From: a virus
Lineage: Duplodnaviria; Caudoviricetes
DNA: 57,190 nt
Strand: one strand, 5' to 3'
Virus record (IMG/VR): IMGVR_UViG_3300037420_000354
Span: 1-57,190 of that record
Shown here: piece by piece, positions 26,079 to 34,348 of the stretch
How the letters are laid out: each line of letters opens with the position of its first letter
Numbering within the stretch: the stretch's first letter is position 1
Notes under the pieces: model-generated
The model's database searches: none
What the model was told of the DNA's origin: nothing
The model's input: the letters and a program-made list of their open reading frames with translations, nothing else
Program-made: the position numbers and the translations under genes

Positions 26079-26630
26079 ATGGCTGAATTGACGATAGGTC
26101 AGATTCGTACAATTCTCAAATATTATCCAGAAACTGGCGCTTTCCAGTGGAAGGAACGAACCCCTTCAATTCTCACGGCTTTGGGGGCGCCAACTACAGC
26201 ATACAAGACGTGGAACTCCCGTCACCTAGACGCTCCTGCGATAGGCTCTGTCCGTACCGATGGATACGTCGCGACGAGAATCTTCGGAAGAGCGTACAAA
26301 CTTCACAAGTTGGCTTGGGCTATGTTTTATGATCGGTGGCCAGACGAATTGGATCACATCAACGGGGACAAGGGCGATAACCGTATTGTCAATCTACGTG
26401 AGGTAACCAGGGCGGAGAACAATAAGAACAAGAGCCGTTACAAGCAGAACAGCAGTGGCTTTACAGGCGTCGGCTGGCATAAAGTAACCAAAAAGTGGGC
26501 AGCGAAAATCCGCGTTGATGGGAGAGACTATCACCTAGGCGTGTTTGCGAGTATTGAGGCTGCAAAAGAAGCAAGAGCAGCCGCCGAAAAGCATTACGGC
26601 TTCCATGAAAATCATGGGCGGCATAAATAA
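26079..26630 (+). CDS. HNH homing endonuclease with AP2-like C-terminus, inserted antisense in the lysis cassette
   Basis: LDHINGDKGDNRIVNLR; NSSGFTGVGW..KKWAAKI...HLGVF. Confidence 0.9.
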   Translation: MAELTIGQIRTILKYYPETGAFQWKERTPSILTALGAPTTAYKTWNSRHLDAPAIGSVRTDGYVATRIFGRAYKLHKLAWAMFYDRWPDELDHINGDKGDNRIVNLREVTRAENNKNKSRYKQNSSGFTGVGWHKVTKKWAAKIRVDGRDYHLGVFASIEAAKEARAAAEKHYGFHENHGRHK

Positions 26631-26656
26631 TGGACTGGCTGATATAGGCCCACATG

Positions 26657-27247
26657 TCAGCCAGCCGCCTCGATCGCAGCCAAGAACTTCTTCCCGTAAC
26701 CTGCGATATCGTTTGCGCGATCCACCCCATTGATGATCCGCCGCGCGTTCACCCAATCGGCTGTGTCGCCATGGAAATAGTCGCTGAGCTTCTTGCCAGA
26801 GAACATGCCGTTACGCATTCCGACGAACATCACTTTTACCGCTGTCGGCATTTCGAGCGCTTTCTCAGGATGATCGGCGAGCCCGAACTTCTCGTAGTTT
26901 GCGCGGTGTGTCAGTTGCACCAGCCCGCGCCCGAACCACGAATGACCAGCTTCATCTTTCCGCCAGTATGGCGTTTTCACCCACGGCAGCCGGCCGCGCT
27001 TGTAGGAGCTTTCAAGGATGCTGATTGCCTGCTCATCGCTCTCGGCGTATGCTTCGCGGATCGGCTGCATCGTCTTGCCAGTTTCATGATAATCGGTCGC
27101 CAGCATGTAGGCGAGCCAGCGCTGGTCAGTCAGCCCCTCTGCTTCCCACTCGTTCAGGACTGCATCCATGCCCTCGACTTGGGGCTGAGATAGCTTGCCG
27201 GCGAACAGCGAGGTTCGCACGGCGTCGTAGAAGACGCTGCGGTTCAT
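26657..27247 (-). CDS. endolysin, glycoside hydrolase family 19 (chitinase-like)
   Basis: LAYMLAT.YHET..TMQPI.E, FGRGLVQLT...NY, ARRIING.DRA. Confidence 0.85.
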   Translation of the reverse strand: MNRSVFYDAVRTSLFAGKLSQPQVEGMDAVLNEWEAEGLTDQRWLAYMLATDYHETGKTMQPIREAYAESDEQAISILESSYKRGRLPWVKTPYWRKDEAGHSWFGRGLVQLTHRANYEKFGLADHPEKALEMPTAVKVMFVGMRNGMFSGKKLSDYFHGDTADWVNARRIINGVDRANDIAGYGKKFLAAIEAAG

Positions 27248-27257
27248 GATGATCTCC

Positions 27258-27287
27258 AAAAGAAAAGGCCCCCGAATGGGAGCCTTG
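27258..27287 (-). terminator. intrinsic terminator (copy 2)
   Basis: GGCTCCC-ATTC-GGGGGCC-TTTTCTTTT. Confidence 0.65.
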
Positions 27288-27351
27288 AAACTCGTTATTG
27301 CCAGTCGCGTTGATTGAACGTATTACAACCACTTCTGAGGAGGTTGAGACG

Positions 27352-28137
27352 ATGAAGTTTCTGATTGTCGGTCATAGCCACATCGTAGCGCTATCCCAAG
27401 CCGCGCAACAATTGGGCCTGAAATTCGCATCAACCAGCCTAGTTGGCGTCGAAGGAACAGCAGACCTCAGGCAGCGCTTGACCGCATCACTCGAGAATTT
27501 GACGGAACAGAACCTATCAGGCGACATCGGCGCGTTCGCGAAAGCGCATGACGTAAAGTCGATCCTTATAGTCGGAGGGAATTATCACAACGTTCTTGGG
27601 CTTCTTGAACACACGCAGCCGTTTGATTTTGCGTTGCCAGGATCAGAGGATCTTCCGCTCTCCGAAAATGCAGAAGTGATCCCGTACGACGTTATCAGGG
27701 ACTCGATGTACCATCGGCTTAGAGATAGCTTTTTGACTATTAATTACACTCTGCCTTTGCTCGGCAGTGAGACTGTCCATGTGGAGTCCCCGCCTCCGAT
27801 CGGAGACGATGATTTCATAGCCAGAAATCTTGACTGGTATTTTAAGACGTCCGACGAAGGGCTGCGCCCTAAAATCGCGCCGCCAGCGCTAAGATATAAG
27901 CTTTGGCGAGTATCGTGCGAGCTTTATGCACGGCACTGTCGAGCAGCTGGCATACCTTATATCTACACTTCCGTTGATCTCGACCATGGCATGTTTTTGC
28001 CGCAAAAATATTACGCTACGAACGCTACGCACGCAAACGCACTATATGGCCGCGAACTCGTCTCGGCGGCGATGAGATATTTCGAAAGGGCGAATGTAAA
28101 TGGCACCGAAGCAAGTTCCGTATCGCAGCCAGCCTAA
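27352..28137 (+). CDS. SGNH-like hypothetical protein (moron gene 1)
   Basis: IVGHSH at the N-terminus, NATHAN at the C-terminus; GAGGAGG SD. Confidence 0.6.
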   Translation: MKFLIVGHSHIVALSQAAQQLGLKFASTSLVGVEGTADLRQRLTASLENLTEQNLSGDIGAFAKAHDVKSILIVGGNYHNVLGLLEHTQPFDFALPGSEDLPLSENAEVIPYDVIRDSMYHRLRDSFLTINYTLPLLGSETVHVESPPPIGDDDFIARNLDWYFKTSDEGLRPKIAPPALRYKLWRVSCELYARHCRAAGIPYIYTSVDLDHGMFLPQKYYATNATHANALYGRELVSAAMRYFERANVNGTEASSVSQPA

Positions 28138-29185
28138 GACGGCGTTTTGGCGCAACTCAATATCCAATTTGTCGCCTGACGATGTTGATCCTGCCGTCAA
28201 GTTTGACTTGAAGATCGATAGGAAGATGAAGATCGCGACAGCAGGGAGTTGCTTTGCCCAGCACATCGCGCGCCACTTAGCAAACTCCGGTTTCAACTAT
28301 TTCGTGACAGAGCCTGGCCATCCAATCATCCTTCAAGAGATCAAGAAGAAGCATAACTATGGCACATTTTCAGCCCGCTACGGCAACATCTATACGTCTC
28401 GGCAGTTGCTGCAGTTGATACAGCGTGTCTACGGCGATTTCTCGCCAGAAGAAACTGCTTGGCAGCTTGAAGATGGAGCATGGGTCGATCCATTCCGCCC
28501 AAATATTCAGCCCACCGGGTTCCGAAGCCGCCTTGAACTGGCGCGGGACCGAAAGGCGCATTTTGCAGCAGTCAGGCGCTGCTTTGAAGAATGTGACGTA
28601 TTTGTTTTCACGCTAGGCCTGACCGAAGTGTGGATCTCTGCAGAGGATGGCGCCGCGTTCCCTGTTTGCCCTGGCGTCAAAGGGGGAGTTTTCGATGATG
28701 AGAGACACTTATTCTTAAACCTGACGGTCAGCGATGTTGTCGCTGACATGGTCGAGTTTTTTGACAGAATGAAGGTCATTAACCCGAGATGCTCGTTTAT
28801 TCTCACCGTCTCGCCCGTGCCACTGATCGCGACCGCGACTGACAATCACGTTCTCGCCGCAACCACTTACTCTAAATCGGTCTTGCGTGTCGCGGCAGAG
28901 GAACTCGTGCGGCAATACGAGAACGCTCACTATTTCCCCTCATACGAGGTGATAACCGGAAACTATAACCGCGGCGCCTATTACGGTCCTGACCTGCGCG
29001 AGGTCGAAGAGGCTGGCGTAAGCCACGTTATGCGGCTGTTTTTCAAACACGCAGTTGATGATGATATCGAATTGATTTCCGCGTCTGCCGATCTGGTCAG
29101 CCAGCGCGCCGCAGAATTCGAACAGAAGACATCGCAAATTGTAAAGACGATTTGTGATGAGGAACTTCTAGCCGCAGCAAAATAG
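28100..29185 (+). CDS. GSCFA-domain protein (moron gene 2)
   Basis: TAGSCFAQH, FSARYGNIY, FVFTLGLTEVW, ILTVSPVPL, YSKSVLR, YFPSYE. Confidence 0.88.
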   Translation: MAPKQVPYRSQPKTAFWRNSISNLSPDDVDPAVKFDLKIDRKMKIATAGSCFAQHIARHLANSGFNYFVTEPGHPIILQEIKKKHNYGTFSARYGNIYTSRQLLQLIQRVYGDFSPEETAWQLEDGAWVDPFRPNIQPTGFRSRLELARDRKAHFAAVRRCFEECDVFVFTLGLTEVWISAEDGAAFPVCPGVKGGVFDDERHLFLNLTVSDVVADMVEFFDRMKVINPRCSFILTVSPVPLIATATDNHVLAATTYSKSVLRVAAEELVRQYENAHYFPSYEVITGNYNRGAYYGPDLREVEEAGVSHVMRLFFKHAVDDDIELISASADLVSQRAAEFEQKTSQIVKTICDEELLAAAK

Positions 29186-29186
29186 A

Positions 29187-30881
29187 TCAACCGGAAGAAA
29201 TGCGAACGACGCGAACCCTGATAGTCCCGGCCGACAAATCGCGCGTGCCGCCGCTCTCGTTCTGGAACCGGACGGATACGGTGTCATTGGCGGACACCCA
29301 TGCGGTCATGAGCACATCTGATAGGGCAACGCTGAAGGTGGCGTCCACAAAATCACCTACCTTTGCACCAGTTACCGTGACAGTGGTCGTGACCCCAGCG
29401 CCATCAGCGAGCGATGCAGGATCATAGACCGCCGAAGCAAAGAGCGGCTTGTTATTGAGGACCGTGTTAGCCCCGGTAACAACATAGCTATCGACAGTCG
29501 GATTTTCGACAACGTTGTCAACGAAGTAGTTGTAGTCAGAATTCGTTGATTCGATAAAGCCGCGATTGTCATCCTTGGACATGTTGGCTGTCAGGACGTT
29601 GTGCGTCGATCCTGTGCCGGAATTGTCCTCAAGCCTATACGCGTTGCCGAGATTGGCCTTCGACATATTGCCGGTAAGCGTGTTGTACGTTCCGCCATGC
29701 AGGTAGAAGCCATGACTTGCGCCGCCTTGAGCAACGTTTCCGGTGATCGTGTTAAAGGACGATGTTTCGATATTGACCTGAACGCCAGTTGTTGTGCCCG
29801 TCGCCACGTTCGCAGTCATGGAGCTGTAATAGACGTCGCGGAAATACAGCGCGTTTTGAAGTGCGCCAGTCACAACATTTCCCGACATGACGCAATGATT
29901 GCTGTCGGCATGAGGATCGGTAGAGCTTCCGGTCGTTGTCGCGCCGATGAGTATGCCATCGTTTGCGGTCGCGCCGTTTACCAGATTGCCAATGATCCTG
30001 ATGCGCTGACCGCCGACATGGATGCCGTGATTTTCCGAATCCACAATCGTGTTGCCGGAGATTTCGACATCAGCGTTGTCCACGGAATAGCCGGTGATGC
30101 CATCACCGCTAGGACCAGGCTGGTGGATCACGTTGCCTTTGATCGAGCCTTTCACGCCAACGGAAAAGATAATGCCAGCGCCGGCCGGATTATAAATCTT
30201 GTTGTTGTCAATCGAAAAATCGAGCGCGGTTGTCGTGAGGCAAATGCCATGTTGGCCAGGGCTGTCAACCGTATTATCGGAAATGCTGATATCGGATGCC
30301 TGCCGAATGCGAATGCCATCCGAGGTTGGCGCATTAATGTGCAGGTTGTTGATGTCAATCCTTTTCGCAGCCGTGCCTTCTGCGAAAATGCCATAAGCTG
30401 CGATGGAGTTGCAGTTGATATACCCTGGCCCACTGACCGCGACGTCGGTGGCGTCGTCTGCAAATTCCAGGATATTGGTCGCGCCCGCATATGCCGCGAT
30501 CGTCGCGCCATTGAGATCAAGAATGGTGCCTGAAGATAGAATAAGGTTTGTGACCTTGTAATTTTTACCTTTTGTAAGACGGAGAGGAAGACCGACAGCA
30601 AGCGCCGCCGTCAGCGCTGCTGTGTCGTTTGCTGCGCCGTCACCTTTCGCATTGTGCATTTCGGGAGTGACGTATCCCGGTGCCATGCGAACAATCCCCC
30701 CGCTCCCATCCACCCCCACAAGCGTAGAGACGCCGGAGGTGGCGAGAGATGCCCCGGTTATCTCCTCCTTGGAATAGACATCCGCAGCATCCCGCAGGTT
30801 TTCTGGCAACTCGCCTGCGAGCGCAGCCGCGTCCTCCAGTGTCCCGTTCAGGGCCACCAGGAAAGGATAATTGCTTGGCAT
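29187..30881 (-). CDS. tailspike, pectate-lyase-like beta-helix depolymerase
   Basis: VTPEMHNAKGDGAANDTAAL start of beta-helix, many xGNxx repeats, C-terminal YDPASLADG...VSVRFQN domain. Confidence 0.8.
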   Translation of the reverse strand: MPSNYPFLVALNGTLEDAAALAGELPENLRDAADVYSKEEITGASLATSGVSTLVGVDGSGGIVRMAPGYVTPEMHNAKGDGAANDTAALTAALAVGLPLRLTKGKNYKVTNLILSSGTILDLNGATIAAYAGATNILEFADDATDVAVSGPGYINCNSIAAYGIFAEGTAAKRIDINNLHINAPTSDGIRIRQASDISISDNTVDSPGQHGICLTTTALDFSIDNNKIYNPAGAGIIFSVGVKGSIKGNVIHQPGPSGDGITGYSVDNADVEISGNTIVDSENHGIHVGGQRIRIIGNLVNGATANDGILIGATTTGSSTDPHADSNHCVMSGNVVTGALQNALYFRDVYYSSMTANVATGTTTGVQVNIETSSFNTITGNVAQGGASHGFYLHGGTYNTLTGNMSKANLGNAYRLEDNSGTGSTHNVLTANMSKDDNRGFIESTNSDYNYFVDNVVENPTVDSYVVTGANTVLNNKPLFASAVYDPASLADGAGVTTTVTVTGAKVGDFVDATFSVALSDVLMTAWVSANDTVSVRFQNESGGTRDLSAGTIRVRVVRISSG

Positions 30882-30898
30882 CTGATTTTCTCTTGTTG

Positions 30899-33427
30899 TT
30901 AGAAGAGGCCGGGGCTGAAGCCGCCACCGCCGCCTGGGCCAGTCGATGTCCCATTGACACCACCACCGCCGCCGGGGCTGGTAGAACCGTGGCTTGGAGA
31001 TCCATAAGTTCCGCCACCGCCGCCCAATGTTGACGAGGACGTCGTTGTGGCGCCTGGCGCTGGGCTGCCAGTTAGCAGGCCGAAGAGCGAGTGCATCGGG
31101 CTTTCATCCGGGACTTGATCGCCGAGATAATTGCCTCCCAACTTCTGTCCGACCATGCCGAGCGCGATTCCGCCGATCGGGCCAGCAAGAGCAGTACCGA
31201 GAAGGCCACCGGCCAGAGCGCCAAGAGTGCCGCCGCTGAAGATCGAGCTTGAAAGCCGCGAAAGCCCGCCGTTTAGCGAAGACCCCGGTGTGGTGCTTGA
31301 CGTGCTCGAAATCGACGGTGAAGACAGCGAGGCGTTCGGGTCCGTTTGCCCGAGCACGTTGCCCTTCTTCATGCCGCCATAAGAGCCGTCTGGGTTGGTA
31401 AATTCGGTGTGGTCGTATGCCGGATTGTACCGGCCGATCGTTCCGTCATCCAGGCGCGATACGGTCGAGCCGTCCGTTGCGATACCCGTTGTCGCCAATC
31501 CGCCCCAGACATCCATCGCGGTATGCATCGGCGATGCAGATGTTGTGCTGGAGATCGAGTTGTTCGGGGCCTTGATCGAGGATGTCAACGATGGTGCGGT
31601 AACTTGACTGGTTACTGCTGGCGTTGTGTCTACGACCTGTGGCGCGGTCACGTTCGAAATAGGCGTCGAACTGATCAACGATGGACTTGTCAATGACACA
31701 TTGGGATCGGCCGCGATGCTTGGCGTGTCTAAGGTCGATGATGGCAGACTTGGTGCGTTGACGGACGGAATGCTTGCGCCTGGGACCGTTGTTGGGTTTA
31801 CGACGGACTGGATTGAGGCTGGCGCTCCAAGCAAGCTGTCTGACGCCATCGCCGGGACTGAAGGCGTGTTGTAACTTGCCAGTTGAGCATTGGCATAGGC
31901 TTCGTCCGCGGCAGGGCCGACAAGCGAATTGAGGCTTGGCGTTGCAGTGGTTGTCGTAGGTGTTGGTGTTGGTGTTGTGGAGGCTATTGCCGGCGCGTCG
32001 AGATAACTGGTTGGCGTCGACATTACCTGATCTAAAGCGGACGGCGTCCCATAGCGCGCTGGGTCAAAATTCTTCGCTGTCACGTCGCCAAAGCGGCTCT
32101 GGTCGAAGCCAGCCGGGCCGATATCCATGCGCTGCGATGGTGTCTCGTTGTTGACCGGCGTTGCCGCGCCTGTGGCTGCCAACTCTGCACCAACGCCCAA
32201 TGACGCATTCGGATCGGCCGGGACGCCGATTGCCATAGGCCCGGCATTTGCCATATCCACATAGCCGTTCTTCGTGGGGCTGGCCGTGATCGATTTCATA
32301 TTGGCGAGATGCTCGGCAACGCTTTCCCGCATCGCCTGCATTTCTGGCGAATTGATACCGCTTGCCTCTGGTGCCTGAATAGGGCTTGCTGCAGCGACAT
32401 CTGACCAAGAGTTGACCGTTGGCATGCTCTGGTTCGGCTGCGCGACTGCAGAGGCCTCCATAGGCGAAGGAAGGCCAAGCTGCGCCGAGACAGAAGCGTC
32501 TACGGGCGTAGCCATCGGCTTAGCAGCCGCCATTTCGGCAAAACTGTTCAGAGTAGGCGTGGACATTGTTGGCGAAAACAGTGAGGCCGACATCGGCACA
32601 CTGGAAGATGCGGCAAGGTTCGGCTGTTTCATTCCACCGAGCGCGGCATTTACATCCATCGGCGCGCTGAATGGCCCTGTTCCCGCCATGGACGGGAAAG
32701 ATGAAATAGGCACGCCCATGCGCTCAAATGGCGAAGCGTTGTCTATGAGCGAGCTTATCCTGGCGTTTGCATCAAGCCCAAGAGATGCACCCGCATCCGC
32801 TTCCGCCGGCACATTGCCAAGTGTGCTCGGAACCGCTGCGTAGCCTTCAAGACCCGTCCCGGCGTAATTCTCGGCTGTTGGTGTGGCGACGGGAGCGCCA
32901 AGCGTGGCGAGTGGCGATCCTGCTAGGAGACCAGACGCCGCGAAAGCGGGGTCAACTGGAGCAGTCACGACGTCTGGCGTCGTTGTCACCATCTTCGCTT
33001 CCAACCCAAGCTTTGAAGGGTCTGGAACGAGAGTGCCTTGGGCGGTAATAATGCCGCGGTTCAGCGGGTCCGAAAAGTATTGATGGCCAACGGTTGCCGT
33101 TTCCAGCGAAAGATTGCTGGGCAGATTGCCAACCGCAGCCGGCGTTGCGTAGTAAGTTGCGTTGTTGACAGGGCCGTATTTGTTGACCTGATCAATTGCC
33201 GCTTGAGCCAGTCCGACAAGCGAGCGCGTGCCTGGTGGCATCTTTTGGCCATAGGCGTTGAATTGGCCGGGGGCGGAGAACTGATCACTCATCGTCGTGT
33301 CAGTCATCTTGGCGCGATTGTAAGCCACGCTGGCAATGTTCAGCATGTCTTGGAAGCGTTCTTGCAGGGAGCCGCGCACAGCTTCGCCCGCGATGACTTG
33401 GGGATCTGTCCTCGCGAGCATTGCCAT
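30899..33427 (-). CDS. internal virion/ejection protein with N-terminal SleB-like cell-wall hydrolase domain
   Basis: VIAGEA...IASVAYNRA...APGQFNAY...NATYY...VGHQYF; long A/S/P/T-rich body. Confidence 0.6.
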   Translation of the reverse strand: MAMLARTDPQVIAGEAVRGSLQERFQDMLNIASVAYNRAKMTDTTMSDQFSAPGQFNAYGQKMPPGTRSLVGLAQAAIDQVNKYGPVNNATYYATPAAVGNLPSNLSLETATVGHQYFSDPLNRGIITAQGTLVPDPSKLGLEAKMVTTTPDVVTAPVDPAFAASGLLAGSPLATLGAPVATPTAENYAGTGLEGYAAVPSTLGNVPAEADAGASLGLDANARISSLIDNASPFERMGVPISSFPSMAGTGPFSAPMDVNAALGGMKQPNLAASSSVPMSASLFSPTMSTPTLNSFAEMAAAKPMATPVDASVSAQLGLPSPMEASAVAQPNQSMPTVNSWSDVAAASPIQAPEASGINSPEMQAMRESVAEHLANMKSITASPTKNGYVDMANAGPMAIGVPADPNASLGVGAELAATGAATPVNNETPSQRMDIGPAGFDQSRFGDVTAKNFDPARYGTPSALDQVMSTPTSYLDAPAIASTTPTPTPTTTTATPSLNSLVGPAADEAYANAQLASYNTPSVPAMASDSLLGAPASIQSVVNPTTVPGASIPSVNAPSLPSSTLDTPSIAADPNVSLTSPSLISSTPISNVTAPQVVDTTPAVTSQVTAPSLTSSIKAPNNSISSTTSASPMHTAMDVWGGLATTGIATDGSTVSRLDDGTIGRYNPAYDHTEFTNPDGSYGGMKKGNVLGQTDPNASLSSPSISSTSSTTPGSSLNGGLSRLSSSIFSGGTLGALAGGLLGTALAGPIGGIALGMVGQKLGGNYLGDQVPDESPMHSLFGLLTGSPAPGATTTSSSTLGGGGGTYGSPSHGSTSPGGGGGVNGTSTGPGGGGGFSPGLF

Positions 33428-33438
33428 TCAATTTTCCC

Positions 33439-33466
33439 AAAAAGAAAAAGGCCCCCGAAGGAGCCT
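33439..33466 (-). terminator. intrinsic terminator (copy 3)
   Basis: AGGCTCC-TTCG-GGGGCCT followed by TTTTCTTTTT. Confidence 0.7.
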
Positions 33467-33493
33467 GTTGCTGTCTTTTAGACGTGAGCGGTT

Positions 33494-34348
33494 TTAGTTC
33501 TTCCGCTCCCAAGAAGTCATGTATTCGTTCGGATGGCCGAAAGAACTATCATCGAGAAGGCTGCACGATCCGTCTTTGCCGTAGTTTATCGCCTTGCACA
33601 TCGGGTCGTTCTGGCAACTCGACTGGCAGGCGAAAAAGGTGCGGTTGCTGTAGGTGATGTACGCCTCATAGGGGATTTCAACCCCCTTGCCAGGCGGCAA
33701 CCAGTCAGTCACCAGTCGCGGACGTCTTTCAGTCTTGATCATGATGCTCAAGGTCGAAGTGTTTTCGGCCTGCGGTTCTTGCTCATAGGCGAGGCCTATC
33801 CAGTTGGCGGCATCTCGCGTCAGCCAATGCACTTTGTCCTGTGGCGCTTCGGTGAAATACACGATGGCATTTGCACCGTATCCCATTTGGTTCAGGTAAG
33901 CTCCGATCAGGGCATCACCTTCCGGGCTGACTACGTACTTGTTGCCCTGACGCCGGAATGCCCCGTGAAAACCAACCTTGGCCGATCCTGACAGTATCCG
34001 CCGATCACCCGCAATCCAGATCAAGGCGCATGCCGACCCGCAGAGAGCACCAGATGGAACTGACGTGGTGTATTTCCTGCTTCTAATCAGCCGGCCTATC
34101 GCTAGAGCCGCCAATGTGTCGCCACCCAAACTGTTCAGCGACACTGTGAGGCGATCATCCCCAATGATAGCGGAGGCAAACTTCAGATCGTCGCCGGGCA
34201 GTATCTCGCCACTCAGATTGACAACTTGGTTCCCAGTTTTGTCATACGAATGGCTGAAAGAGGCCGCTTCCGCCGACGAAGAGGCGGACAGGAGGGCAAT
34301 ACTGAGGAAGATGTTCAACAAGCGCATGCAACTAACATAGATTGTCAC
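33494..34348 (-). CDS. secreted protein: COG3904/ClpP-crotonase-like domain plus C-terminal PAN/apple-like domain
   Basis: signal peptide (AEA-A), LNSLGG, CGSACALIW.AG..R, VGFH; CQSSCQNDPMCKAINY..GSCSL. Confidence 0.65.
   Translation of the reverse strand: MTIYVSCMRLLNIFLSIALLSASSSAEAASFSHSYDKTGNQVVNLSGEILPGDDLKFASAIIGDDRLTVSLNSLGGDTLAALAIGRLIRSRKYTTSVPSGALCGSACALIWIAGDRRILSGSAKVGFHGAFRRQGNKYVVSPEGDALIGAYLNQMGYGANAIVYFTEAPQDKVHWLTRDAANWIGLAYEQEPQAENTSTLSIMIKTERRPRLVTDWLPPGKGVEIPYEAYITYSNRTFFACQSSCQNDPMCKAINYGKDGSCSLLDDSSFGHPNEYMTSWERKN

Noticed and set aside
29601-30533. 310-aa plus-strand ORF
   Set aside because: Antisense shadow of the tailspike gene
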